A DNA stretch of 64,000 nucleotides from the NCBI GenBank assembly GCA_963666215.2, contig CAXWPL010000005.1:1184001-1248000 (forward strand). The letters run 5' to 3'. The DNA comes from Acidobacteriota bacterium (GTDB taxonomy: Bacteria > Acidobacteriota > UBA890 > WLXD01). This document shows positions 1-10,800 of the stretch, piece after piece. Made by a program: the position numbers and the translations under genes. The notes beneath the pieces were generated by a model. That model was given only the letters and a program-made list of their open reading frames with translations. It searched no databases and was not told the origin of the DNA. The stretch's first letter is position 1, and each line of letters starts with the position of its first letter.

Positions 1-429
1 AAGCTCGGCACGATCGACAAGCCTATCCTCCTCAAGAGAGGCATGAGCGCCACGATCGATGATTTGCTGGCGGCCGCGGAGTACATCATGTCGGGCGGCA
101 ACCAGCGGGTCATTCTGTGCGAGCGCGGAATCCGGACCTTCGAAACCGCGACTCGAAGCACACTCGATCTGAGCGCCGTTCCCGTGCTCCGAGAGCGCAC
201 GTCGCTGCCCATCATTGTCGATCCGTCCCATGCCGCTGGGCGCCGCGAGCTGGTCGTGCCGCTGGCACTCGCGGCCGCGGCGGTGGGAGCGGATGGCCTG
301 ATCGTAGAAGCCCACACGGATCCCGCGGCAGCTCTTTGCGACGGACCGCAAGCGCTCACCGAAGACGATCTGCGAGATCTGATGGAGCGACTCGCGCCCA
401 TCGTGAAAGGACATGGACGCACTCTTTAG
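1..429 (+). CDS. aroF: DAHP synthase (class I-beta), 5'-truncated by window edge
   Basis: Frame open from base 1 (KLGTIDKPILLKRGMSAT); motifs ILCERGIRTFE, IIVDPSH, GADGLIVEAH, CDGPQAL. Confidence 0.93.
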   Translation, partial: KLGTIDKPILLKRGMSATIDDLLAAAEYIMSGGNQRVILCERGIRTFETATRSTLDLSAVPVLRERTSLPIIVDPSHAAGRRELVVPLALAAAAVGADGLIVEAHTDPAAALCDGPQALTEDDLRDLMERLAPIVKGHGRTL

Positions 430-450
430 GACGGCTGCCGGGGCGGCTTG

Positions 451-3228
451 TTAGTCGCTTCGTAATGCACTCACCGGATTGACGCCCGCGGCCCGCCATG
501 CTGGCAGAGCGTTGGCGACAACGGCTACAACGAGCAGAAAGCCGACGCCCGCGGAATAGGCCAACACGTCGGTGGCGCCGATTCCGTAGAGAATCGACGT
601 CAACGCGCGGGTGAAAGCCAGTGCCGCTAGGAGGCCGATGGCGCCTCCAATCAGCACGGTTCGCATCCCCTGCTGGAAGACCATGCGAACGACGTTGTTG
701 CGGTCGGCACCCACCGCCATGCGTATTCCGATCTCGCGACGGCGCCGAGCCACGGCGAAGGCGACCACGCCGTAGACCCCGACGGAGGCCAGCAGAGCGC
801 CGAGCATGCCGAGCACGCTCAGCGCCATGGCCGCCAGTCGCACCGGGAACAAGCTCAACGAGAGGTGCTCCTGGATCGTTCTGGTGGACATGATTGCCAA
901 CTCGGGACGCGACGCGGTGACCTCGTGGCGCATGGCCTCGAGCAGCTGCGCCGGGTCGCGCTGCGAGCGAGCGATGATGGTTCCGAGCCCGCTGCTGAGA
1001 TTCTGCCGGTAGTCGAAGTAGACGTGCGGTTGGGAGTCCTCACCCAGAGTTCTCACCTTGTGCGTAGCGTTGACGCCGATGACCTCGAAGATCGGCGCGT
1101 CCTCGGCCAAGGAGCGCGAGAACCGCTTGCCGATGGGATCTTCGCCTGGCCACACTTTGTCGGCCATGGCCTGGTTGACGATCGCGACCATCGGCGCGCC
1201 GTCGACATCGCGCGCGTCGAATCGGCGCCCCGCCACCATATCGATCCCCATGATGTCGAAGAACTCGGGCGTCACCGCGCCGGTATCAACCGTGACGGGC
1301 GGAACGCCTTCTTCGGACGGCAGGCCATCGAGATGCAGCGTATCGTTGAGCACCGTCATGGAGTCGAGGGGCAGCCGTTCGGCGAAGGCAACGCTCTCGA
1401 CGCCAGGGATTCCGGCGACCTTCTCCATCACCTCGAAGTGCAGGGTGCGCCCGTCTTCGGGGTTGTACCCCTGGAAAACCAGACCGAGACCGATGCTGAC
1501 GATGGAGTTGGTGCGGATGCCGGGATCGATTGACTGAGCGCTGATCAGGCTCCGCACCAGTAGAGCCGACGACACCAGCAGAACAATCGACACGGCCACC
1601 TGCAAGCCGACGAGCAGGTTGCGCATACGCTGGCCGCGCACCCGACCGGCGCCGTCGACCTCGTCGCCCCGCAGCGTCCCGCTGACGCCAGAGCGCGTCG
1701 TCTGCAGTGCCGGGGCCAGTCCGAAGACGAATCCGGTACCCAGAGCCAGCAACAGCGTGAAGGCGAAAACCCGCGGCGCCATCCCGATGGCCAGATCGAT
1801 CGGCACCACAATGGGCGGCTGAATGGCCAACAGCGCTTTGAGCGTCCAGAAAGCAACCCCAACGGCCAGGGCGCCGCCAATCATCGACAGCACGGTGCTC
1901 TCCGTGAGCATCTGACGCAACACGCGGCCGCGGCCGGCTCCCAGCGCCTGTCGGACGGCGATCTCTTGGCGCCGCATCGATGCGCGCGCCAGCATCATGC
2001 TGGCAACGTTGGCGCAGGCAATCAGCAGAACCAGCCCGACGATGCTCATCACCACACCGGCCACCGGCAGCATCATGCGGTCGGCTCGAGGGTCGATGCG
2101 CACGTCGTTGAAGCTCATAGCGCCGAATACGACGTCTTTGTTGGTGTCGGGATACTCCTCGGCCAACGCCTGACTGATGCCGGCGAGCTCGGCATTGGCC
2201 TGCTCGAGGCTTACACCATCGGCCAGCCTGCCAACGGTGTAGCTGCTGTTCGACGTCCGCCGCGTCAGACGACTCGCGGCGGCCGGAATGAGGTCGGCGG
2301 TCGCCGGGCCCGGCACCCAGAAGTGCACCGCGATCGGCGGGACCCCGCCCTGGTACTTGGCTGGCACCACACCCACAAGCGTGTAGGGCTTGCCTCCGAG
2401 ATAGATCTCGCGCCCCAGGGCGCTCGGGTCGCCGGCAAAGCGCGAGCGCCAGAGCGACTCGCTGAGCATTGCCACGCGGTGATTGCCTGGGACATCTTCG
2501 TCCGCCGTGGAGGTGCGTCCAATCAGGGGGTCGATACCCAGGACCGAGAAGAAGTTGTAGGTGATCGACTCGCCGAAAATGAACTGCGCATCGCCTTGGT
2601 GGTTGAGCGTTGTCATCTCGGTGCGAAACGAGGCCAGCCCCGAATACGACTCCGACTGGTCGCGGATGTCCTCGTAGTCGGGGTAGGAGGTCAGAATGCC
2701 GCCGACGATGAACTGCGGATCCCTGTCGGTCGCCGCCACGCGAATGACGCGATCGGGATCGCGCAGCGGAATCCCCTTGAACAGAACGGCGTCGACAACC
2801 GCAAACATCGTGGTGTTGAAGCCAATTCCAAGGGCTAGTGACACCACGGCTACGGCCGTAGTGCCTGGGCTCTTCGCCATCATGCGGAAGGCGAATCGAA
2901 TGTCGCGTAGCAGGTCGGTCATCAAATGGGTCCTGGCGCCCTGGGAAACACGGTCGGGGAATCGGCCGAGCGGGTCCTTGCCGAGCTTCTGCTCGCGTCC
3001 GGAGCGGATGAGCTGGTCGAGATCGCCAAAGCGAAGCTCGGCGTCGCGTCGCGCCTGAGCGGAGCTCATGCCGGTGGCTTCGTTGTCTCGAGCACGCAAC
3101 TCGATGTGCGTGAGCATCTCCTCGCGGATCTCGCGGTCAACTCGCCCACCCATGACAGCCGTGCGACCAGCGCCGAGAAGGGTTCGGAAACGCGAGATCA
3201 ACGATGTCATCGAATCAGGCGATCTCAT
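451..3228 (-). CDS. ADOP-type (duplicated MacB/FtsX) ABC permease with N-terminal prefix domain
   Basis: EEMLTHIE..A..RFG prefix; DIRFAFR..SLALGIGFNTTMF; LLIACANVASMMLAR..EIAVRQALGAGR; C-terminal REIGIRMAVGA and ALPAWRAAGVNPVSALR. Confidence 0.93.
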   Translation of the reverse strand: MRSPDSMTSLISRFRTLLGAGRTAVMGGRVDREIREEMLTHIELRARDNEATGMSSAQARRDAELRFGDLDQLIRSGREQKLGKDPLGRFPDRVSQGARTHLMTDLLRDIRFAFRMMAKSPGTTAVAVVSLALGIGFNTTMFAVVDAVLFKGIPLRDPDRVIRVAATDRDPQFIVGGILTSYPDYEDIRDQSESYSGLASFRTEMTTLNHQGDAQFIFGESITYNFFSVLGIDPLIGRTSTADEDVPGNHRVAMLSESLWRSRFAGDPSALGREIYLGGKPYTLVGVVPAKYQGGVPPIAVHFWVPGPATADLIPAAASRLTRRTSNSSYTVGRLADGVSLEQANAELAGISQALAEEYPDTNKDVVFGAMSFNDVRIDPRADRMMLPVAGVVMSIVGLVLLIACANVASMMLARASMRRQEIAVRQALGAGRGRVLRQMLTESTVLSMIGGALAVGVAFWTLKALLAIQPPIVVPIDLAIGMAPRVFAFTLLLALGTGFVFGLAPALQTTRSGVSGTLRGDEVDGAGRVRGQRMRNLLVGLQVAVSIVLLVSSALLVRSLISAQSIDPGIRTNSIVSIGLGLVFQGYNPEDGRTLHFEVMEKVAGIPGVESVAFAERLPLDSMTVLNDTLHLDGLPSEEGVPPVTVDTGAVTPEFFDIMGIDMVAGRRFDARDVDGAPMVAIVNQAMADKVWPGEDPIGKRFSRSLAEDAPIFEVIGVNATHKVRTLGEDSQPHVYFDYRQNLSSGLGTIIARSQRDPAQLLEAMRHEVTASRPELAIMSTRTIQEHLSLSLFPVRLAAMALSVLGMLGALLASVGVYGVVAFAVARRRREIGIRMAVGADRNNVVRMVFQQGMRTVLIGGAIGLLAALAFTRALTSILYGIGATDVLAYSAGVGFLLVVAVVANALPAWRAAGVNPVSALRSD

Positions 3229-3229
3229 C

Positions 3230-3562
3230 TCAGCGAGCCTCCAGCACCTTGCCGACCGCGGTCGTGAACTCGCCCCAGGTCGACAGCTCGCCGTCGAGCT
3301 GTTCGCGACCGGCGCTGGTGAGGCTGTAACACTTGACGCGGCGCTTGGTGTCGGAAACGGTCCACGCCGACTCGATCCAGCCGCGCCGCTCCATTCGATA
3401 GAGCGCCGGATACAGTGAGCCCTCCTCGACCGTCAACATGGAATCGGTGGCCTCCTGGATCTTCTTGGCAACGGCGTAGCCGTGCAGGCCGCCGGTGGCG
3501 AGCGTTTTGAGCACCAGCAGGTCGAGCGTGCCGCGGAGCAGATCGAGTCCGTGTTTACCCAT
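3230..3562 (-). CDS. PadR-family transcriptional regulator (acidobacterial type)
   Basis: LLRGTLDLLVLKTL..HGYAV..VEEGSLYPALYRMERRGWI; abuts the ADOP permease gene. Confidence 0.93.
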   Translation of the reverse strand: MGKHGLDLLRGTLDLLVLKTLATGGLHGYAVAKKIQEATDSMLTVEEGSLYPALYRMERRGWIESAWTVSDTKRRVKCYSLTSAGREQLDGELSTWGEFTTAVGKVLEAR

Positions 3563-3586
3563 GGTTCGTGCCCTTCGAGCTTTTGG

Positions 3587-3624
3587 TATCCCTGGAGTTT
3601 CTATACTTAGAAAGCCTATGGATA
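3587..3624. promoter_or_regulatory. Imperfect palindrome, candidate PadR operator
   Basis: TATCCCTGGAGTTTCTA-TACT-TAGAAAGCCTATGGATA (13/17 arm match) in an AT-rich patch about 25 bp upstream of the padR start. Confidence 0.5.
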
Positions 3625-3737
3625 GAGACTAACTCGTTAGACGCACGCGTGGGCCCAGAGGTTTCAAGATTCTGCGGGGCGAACGCCCGATCACCCGACT
3701 CGGAGCGCCTCACGGCACTGCGGCAGCATCGCGACCG

Positions 3738-5432
3738 CTAGGCCGCTTCGGAGTACTTCCGCGGCGCTTCGGCGGGTCCCGACCCGGCCGCCGAAGCGGC
3801 CAGCTCGCCCGGCACCGCCTCCCGCGGTGCGGGAAGCGGCTCGCGACGGCGCACCAGTGGGTCCCCAAGGCGGTTGGAGGCGTGCTCGACCAGCGTATCC
3901 GGGCCGCCCCAGATGGGTAGGTGCGTGCCGGGCCTGGTGCACGTGTCATACACCACGAAGCCGGCCAGCGCGGCGTCGCCACCACGGGCTTGGGCACTGG
4001 CCAGGAGCTGCAGCGGATACGCGGCACTGCCGACGACGGGGAAAGCGCCAACGACGAGGGCAACCCAGGGCCGCGGTCGCCGCCGCGCCCAAGACGTCGC
4101 CATGCGGACAAGCGTGTAGGACGTGCGCGACAGCGGCCCGCCGAGGGCGATGACGGCTGGCACCCACAACATCGGCAGAATGCCCAGCTGAGCCGCCGCC
4201 GGCGCGCCCAGCCAGACGGCCACCTTGTAGAAGGGCTTCATTGCCAGGTGCACGCCAAAGTCGGTGAGGTAGTCGGCGGCGTCGCAACGCCGCAGCAGGC
4301 GCGCCAGCCGCGACGCCTCGGTCACCGTGAGCTGACCGCGACGCTGCCATCCTCGGATGCGCCCACGGGTGTAGCGCCGCGCCAGCGCCGCGCGCCAGCG
4401 CTGCGAGGTACAAAAGCGGAGAGCCGCGCGGGCGACGCCGACAAGTGGCAGAGCCGCGACCAACCGTGCGGCCCCGACGACCAGATCGGGAGTGCGTCGC
4501 ATGGCGGCAACGGCCAAACGAGATGCCTCGCGCGCGTTCCAACGCAGCGGCCGCCGCCGATACCAGGCCGCCGTCGGCTCGTCGATCTGGCGGCTCGCGA
4601 CCTGGAAATCGATCGCTCGCTCGTGGCGTCGCAGCGAGCGCCACGCCAGCTGGTGCCACTCCAGCGCTGTAACCTCCTTGTTCAAGGCGGCGGCGCGATC
4701 GGTGCCGAGCAGCGCACTCAGCTCATCCTGACAGGTCGCGAGGTAGTGGCGGAGCCGAGTCACGTCGACGTCGTCGAACAGGGGGGCACGGTGAGCCCAC
4801 GCCCTCGGCAGGTAGAAGCTCACCAGCTTGCGCACATCGAGCGGGAATAACGCCGGCACGCCGGATTCGAGATCGATCCACACCCAGGTGCGGCGCCCGT
4901 CTGGTTTCTCCTGCAAGAGGAAGTTGCTCGCGGCTACCGGGTTGCCGTAGCCAGCCTGCCAGAGCAAGCCGTCGAAGCCGGCCTCGCGAAGGTGTTGCTG
5001 CAACGGGCGCAGCACGTCGTTCCGCAGCTCGGCAACCTCATCGTCGCGTGCACCCGAGAACGGATGATGGAGGCTTGCCGGTCTCCCCTGAACAAATTCT
5101 GCGCGCAGCTCCTGGCAATCGAAGTCTTCGTTGTGCCCCAAACCCGTCGTCGGCGCCACCCGGAGCCGCGGACCGAACCAAAGCTCAACGAGATCGACCA
5201 TAATTCGCCGGCGCAAGTAGGCGCAGCGAAGCGCGTCACGATTCCAGGCGTACGGATTCGGAGCGCCGGTCAACATCCAGAGCACCGCTCCCGCCGCGCC
5301 GCCGACGTTAAATACCTTGACGGCCTCGGCTCCCGCGTCGGTCGTCACACGGTAGACGGTTCCTGAACGTCCGCGCCCGATCTTCACCCAGTCGGGTGGA
5401 AGCGACGCCGGTCTGCTGTTCGCCACGATCAC
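3738..5432 (-). CDS. Hypothetical protein with a kinase-like N-terminal domain and hydrophobic C-terminal segments
   Basis: GGAGG RBS before GTG; IGRGRSGTVY, AVKVF, SNFLL, WIDLESG; 564 aa. Confidence 0.7.
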   Translation of the reverse strand: MIVANSRPASLPPDWVKIGRGRSGTVYRVTTDAGAEAVKVFNVGGAAGAVLWMLTGAPNPYAWNRDALRCAYLRRRIMVDLVELWFGPRLRVAPTTGLGHNEDFDCQELRAEFVQGRPASLHHPFSGARDDEVAELRNDVLRPLQQHLREAGFDGLLWQAGYGNPVAASNFLLQEKPDGRRTWVWIDLESGVPALFPLDVRKLVSFYLPRAWAHRAPLFDDVDVTRLRHYLATCQDELSALLGTDRAAALNKEVTALEWHQLAWRSLRRHERAIDFQVASRQIDEPTAAWYRRRPLRWNAREASRLAVAAMRRTPDLVVGAARLVAALPLVGVARAALRFCTSQRWRAALARRYTRGRIRGWQRRGQLTVTEASRLARLLRRCDAADYLTDFGVHLAMKPFYKVAVWLGAPAAAQLGILPMLWVPAVIALGGPLSRTSYTLVRMATSWARRRPRPWVALVVGAFPVVGSAAYPLQLLASAQARGGDAALAGFVVYDTCTRPGTHLPIWGGPDTLVEHASNRLGDPLVRRREPLPAPREAVPGELAASAAGSGPAEAPRKYSEAA

Positions 5433-5535
5433 ACCTCCAGCGGATCATTCTAGAGGTGCACAAAAGCGTTACGAAGCCAAAATTGACCATCAAAAGCCAA
5501 TACAGGCCAGATCGGTCAGCGCCATTGACTCCGTG

Positions 5536-6104
5536 TCAGCCGTCGCGCAGCGCCGTAACCGGGTCGATCCGCGTGAGGCGGAGAGCCGGGATCCAGGTGG
5601 CGAACATCGCGACCGCAACCAGGCCCGACGCCACAACCGCGTAGGTGAGTGGATCGGCGGGACTGACGTCGAACAGCATCCCGCCAACCATGCGACTCAG
5701 AGCCGCGGCGGCAATCAGTCCGGCAATCACGCCGGCGACGACGAGCACGAGCCCTTGGCGGAGAATCAGTCGCACAACTCCGCTGCGAGCCGATCCCAGG
5801 GCCATGCGGATGCCCATCTCATGAGCCCGCTGGTCGACGGCGTTGGAGATCACGCCGTACACGCCTACCGCGGCGAGCAGCATCGCGAGCAGGCCGAAGA
5901 TCGCCAGCAAGCCCGCGCCCATGCGACGAGGCTCGAAGAGTCCTCGACCGGGATGGGCGCCAGGAACACCGCGCGGATCATCGTGAAGATGGTGGTGTTG
6001 AAGCCGATACCCAGCGCCAGCGAGACGACCGCGATCAGCGAGATCGTCGGGCGGCTCCAGAGCATGCGCACGCCGTAGCGAACGTCCTGTAGAAAGGTGT
6101 CCAT
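5536..6104 (-). pseudogene. ADOP-type permease with a large internal deletion and frameshift
   Basis: First ~60 aa (MDTFLQDVRYGVRML..SLALGIGFNTTIF..PVEDSSSLV) joined out of frame near 5925 to the last ~130 aa (RMGAGLLAIFG..EMGIRMALG..RIDPVTALRDG). Confidence 0.85.
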
Positions 6105-6201
6105 TGGCCTACTCGGGCGTGGGAGATTCGAGAGCTTCGACGAGTCTATCGCCGCGGCGAGTCGCCGCGCACGGCAGGGTCCGGCTTCGGACGACCGTCC
6201 C

Positions 6202-7728
6202 CTACCTCACCGACGCCGCCCTCGCGATCAGCTCAACGATGTTGGCGCGCAGCTGCATCAGCTCGTCCTCGTGTACGTACATCATGTGCCCGGCTTCGTA
6301 GTAGTTGTGCCTCAGGTTGCCGCGCAGCTCCGGAGGCAGGCGCATGTGATCGGTGGTCCATTCCATGGCGAAGAACGGCGTGGCCAGGTCGTAGTAGCCG
6401 TTCTCGACCTGCACCTGCAACGACGGATTGCGGATCATTGCGCGTTCGAGATCTGAGGCGACGTAGGTTGCACCCGGCCACCCGCGCCCTTGCCCGCGGC
6501 TCCAGTTCCATCCTCGTACGGCGCCGCTTGTGACATACGGTTCGGTGGTCTCGAAACCCAGCTCGTCGCGCAGGTAGCGGTTGATCGCCGCGGTGTAGGC
6601 ACCCGAGATGGCGCTCGACTGCGGGTCGTAGCCGGCGTTTTCGGCAAGCAAGTCGTTGGTGAAGCCGTCGAACCGCGCGTCGAGCCGCGAGGTCACCATG
6701 CCGGAAGTGCGCTGAAGCTCGGCGCGGAACTGCGACGCGTTCACGCGAAGATCGGCCTTGTCGAGGTAGTCCTCCGACAGGCCGGTAAAACCTACGAGGC
6801 CGGCGAGAACCTTGGCGCGTAGCTCACCGGGAGCCGAGTCGCCCAGTGCCAGCCAATGCGTGTAGTCACCCAGTGCAAACTCCCGCACCTCGTCGAGCCA
6901 GACCTCGAGGTCTTCCGGCCACTCGACGGCGCCGTGATAGGCCGAAGTGATGGCGTAGGTCGGCAGGTAGGTGATGTACGACGTGTCGTGGCCCGGCGCG
7001 AACAGGATCGTCTCGAAGTCGAGAACGGCCGAGATCAACGAGACTCCGCTGAAGTCCATGCCGGAGTCCTGCAGCATGTTCACCAAAACGGCCGACCGAG
7101 TCGTGCCGTAGCTCTCGCCAATCAGAAACTTGGGCGAATTCCAGCGTTGGTTGCGCGTGATGTACTGGGTAACGAACTGAGTCAGCGAGCGAGCGTCCTC
7201 ATCCAGACCCCAGAAGTCGCTGCCCTTGCCCTTGCCGATGACGCGGCTGAAGCCGGTTCCGATGGGGTCGATGAAGACCATGTCGGTGGCGTCGAGTGGG
7301 CTGCCCTCGTTGTCGACGAGGTCGTACGGCGGCGGCGGCGTAGGTCCCGAATCGTTCACCGGCACCCGCTTGGGTCCAAAAGCTCCCATGTGGAGCCACA
7401 TCGACGCCGAACCTGGCCCACCGTTGTAGATGAACGAAATCGGCTGCGTCGACGAGTCGGCGTCGGTTCGCGTGTAGGCCGTGTAGTAGAGCAGCCCGAT
7501 CGGCTCGTTGTCCTCATTAACCAGGTGCATCGTCGCGGCGGTCGCCTGGTAGGGGATTTCCTGCCCGTCGATCACGATCGTGTGGTCGGTGACCGACGAC
7601 TGCTCGTCCGGAATGGGTGCCGCGTCGCCCTGGGCTTCGGGCGGCCTTTGCTGCGCGAGCGTCGGCGCCGCCATGACAACCAGGAGGAGCAGCAGCAGGC
7701 CGGTGCCGGCGAACTTGGTGATGCGCAT
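6202..7728 (-). CDS. Peptidase S10 serine carboxypeptidase, secreted
   Basis: Signal peptide from MRITKF; YNGGPGSAS, FIDPIGTGFS, GESYG, GYYDLATP, YEAGHMMY. Confidence 0.92.
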   Translation of the reverse strand: MRITKFAGTGLLLLLLVVMAAPTLAQQRPPEAQGDAAPIPDEQSSVTDHTIVIDGQEIPYQATAATMHLVNEDNEPIGLLYYTAYTRTDADSSTQPISFIYNGGPGSASMWLHMGAFGPKRVPVNDSGPTPPPPYDLVDNEGSPLDATDMVFIDPIGTGFSRVIGKGKGSDFWGLDEDARSLTQFVTQYITRNQRWNSPKFLIGESYGTTRSAVLVNMLQDSGMDFSGVSLISAVLDFETILFAPGHDTSYITYLPTYAITSAYHGAVEWPEDLEVWLDEVREFALGDYTHWLALGDSAPGELRAKVLAGLVGFTGLSEDYLDKADLRVNASQFRAELQRTSGMVTSRLDARFDGFTNDLLAENAGYDPQSSAISGAYTAAINRYLRDELGFETTEPYVTSGAVRGWNWSRGQGRGWPGATYVASDLERAMIRNPSLQVQVENGYYDLATPFFAMEWTTDHMRLPPELRGNLRHNYYEAGHMMYVHEDELMQLRANIVELIARAASVR

Positions 7729-7885
7729 GAGTTGCCTTCTTCTGAGGTGTGAGGAGCTGGAGAGGGAAGCCGCGGCGCGATACCACGGCCGGACGCTGCC
7801 GACGGATTCTAGCCGACCGCTCGGCCAATCTCCCGCCAACAGGCGGACGCGCGGGCGGGCGACCCAGGCGGCGCGCGACGAACGA

Positions 7886-10800
7886 CTAACGACGGATAGT
7901 GGCCCAACGCCGGCTCAGCGTCTCCGCCGTCGCTTCGAGCGACTGCAGTGCGTCGAGCGCCTGCCGGGTCGGCCGCGCATCTGCGCTCTGCAGCAGGTAC
8001 TGGACGAACAGCAGCTTCTGCTGCAACCCGACGACTGTTTCCCGATCTCCCGGAGTGGCGCTGATGCTGCCGTAGACGATGTCGGGCTCGCTGGGCTCGC
8101 CGAGCCCTCGAAGTGCCATGATCGACTCGTAAGCGCCGCTCACCAGCCTGGCGCGGGCCACGAAGTTGTCGATGGTGTCGCGCAGCTCCTGAGCACGCTC
8201 GTAGGCGCGATATGCCCGCACAGAGGCGTCGGTTTGCAGGCGGAGGTCGTCGTCGCTGATCTCGACACGCGGGTCCATGGCCACCGTCAGGCGGCGCTCC
8301 CGAACGTCGCCGCCGACCGTCAAGCGGACCGTGTAGTCACCGGGATGCACGAACGGTCCGAGCGGTCCGCTCGGCGTTCGTCCACGAACGGCCGCTATCG
8401 AGAAGCTCCTTCGCGCGCCGCTGGGCGGCGTGTAGCGAAGATCCCAGATAAATCGGTGGTGTCCCGGGGCGCTCGACAGTGGCTGCGACGGACGCATCCA
8501 GTACGTCGGGTGCGCCAGCGTGTCGGGGTCGACCACCTCGGCCGCATCGGCGCTCGAGAAACGGCGGATTGTGTCGCCCGAGCTGTCGACAATTTCAAGA
8601 ATCACCTCGCCCGCGAGATCGGCCAGCACGTAGTCGAGAATCGCACCGTCGGGCGGATTCTCGCCGGCCGGCTCCTCGGGCGGCAGAGGGGTGTCCGAGA
8701 ACATGTTCCAGCGCACGCGTGTTGCCGGCGGCGGTGAGTAGAGAAAGGTCGCACGCGCCGATGTCGCTTCGGCCAGCTCGCGCAAGGGCGCGAAGTTGTC
8801 GAGGATCCAGATCGAGCGACCGTGGGTGCCGACCACCAGATCGTCGTCGTGGATCACGAGGTCGCGGATCGAGGTCGCGGGCATGTTCAGACGTAACGAC
8901 TGCCAGCTGTCGCCGTCGTCAACCGAAAAGTAGATCTCGCGCTCCGTGCCGGCAAACAGCAGTCCCGGCTGCTTCGGATCCTCGCGAACCACATTGACGG
9001 GCCCCATCTCGTGCATGCCGCGTACGATTTTCTGCCACGTGGCGCCGCCGTCGCGAGTGCGGTAGACGTGCGGACGCATGTCGTCGCGGCGAATGGCGTT
9101 GACGGCAACGTACGCGGTGTCGATGTCGAAGTGCCCGGCGTCGATCTGCGAGATTTTTTCCCAGGAGCGCAGCACGGGCGGCGTAACGTCGCTCCACCTG
9201 GCGCCTCCGCTGCGGGTCACGTGAATCAGACCGTCATCGGTGCCCGCCCAGATCGTGTCGACGTCGAGCGGCGACGGGCCCACGGCGTAGATCACGCCCC
9301 GGCGAGTCATCGTCTCGAGGTCGCCCTGACCCAACTCCCTGAAATCGCCGATGCTCTCTGGAACCTCGGGCTGCTCGCTCGACAGGTCGGGGCTGATGAC
9401 CTCCCAGTTGTTACCGCCGGTGTGCGTCTTCCACAGAACATTGGTCGCGAACAGCAGCATGGTCGGGTCGGCCGGATGGAACAGCAGCGGCATCGTACGC
9501 ACGCCGCGGTACCGTCCTGAGCGCAGCGCCTCGGGAGAGACGTTCTGCGTCTGCCCTGTGCGCTTGTCATGCCGCACCACGCGGCCACCGAAGACGATGT
9601 CGGGATCCAGCGGATCGGGAGCGACGTAGGCGTACTCGTCGGCGCCGATGCCAACCCAGTCACGGAACGAGATCTGCCCGCCGTTGCCACGGCTAGCCGT
9701 GCCGATGGCGCCGCTCTCCTGCTGGCCGCCGTAGACCCAATAGGGGAATTGATCGTCGGTGGCGACGTGGTAAAGCTGCGCCGTCGGCTGGTTGTACCAG
9801 GAGCTCCAGGTACGGCCGCCATTCACCGTGATCGTGGCCCCCTGGTCGGCCACAAAGAGCATCGTCTCGGGCTGCTCGGGGTTGATCCAGATGCGGTGGT
9901 AGTCGTCACCTCCGGGCGCACCCTTGATCGACGTCCACGTCTGCCCGGCGTCGTCGGAGCGATACGACGCGATGTTGCCAACGAAGAGCACATCGGGATC
10001 GCGCGGGTGCACCCGAATCTCACCGAAGTCGTCGCCGCGTCCCCACAGCCGCCGGTCGATGCTGATTGGCGTCCAGCTCTCGCCCCCGTCGTCCGATCGA
10101 TAGATCCCGCCGCCCTCGCGGGCGTTGACCGTCGCGTACAGGCGGCGCGGGTGACTGCGGGAGATGCCGACGCCAATGCGGCCGAGCCCCTGTTCGCCAG
10201 TCGGCAGCCCACCCGTGAGCTGGCGCCACGTCGAGCCCCCGTCGGTGGACTTGTACAGACCGCTGTGCGTGCCCGAGAAGCGAGCGTTCTCCCACGGCCC
10301 CTCGCGGTGCTCCCACATGTCGGCGTACACCACCTGCGGGTTGGTCGGGTCGAGCTCGACCTGGATCGCGCCGGTGTTGTGGTTGATGTAGAGAACCTTC
10401 TCCCAGCTGCGACCGCCGTCGGTGGTGCGGAAAACGCCACGCTCCTCGTTCGGCCCGTACGGGTGCCCGAGCCCGGCCACGAAAACAACGTCCGGATCGC
10501 TCGGGTGCACGATGATGCGGCCAACCTGCTGTACGTCGCCCAGGCCGACGTGAGCCCAGGTGTCGCCGCCGTCGATCGACTTGAAGATGCCATCGCCCAC
10601 CGCCAGGTCGGGTCGGTGCAGCCCCTCGCCGCTGCCGATATAGATCACATTCGGGTGCGAAGGCGACACCGCGATGTCGCCGACCGATCCCGTGGGCGCG
10701 TCGTCGAAGATCGGTTGCCACGTGCGACCGAAGTCGTCGGTTTTCCAGGCCCCGCCGTTGTTGACGCCCACGTAGAAGACACCGGGCTGCGAGGGAACAC

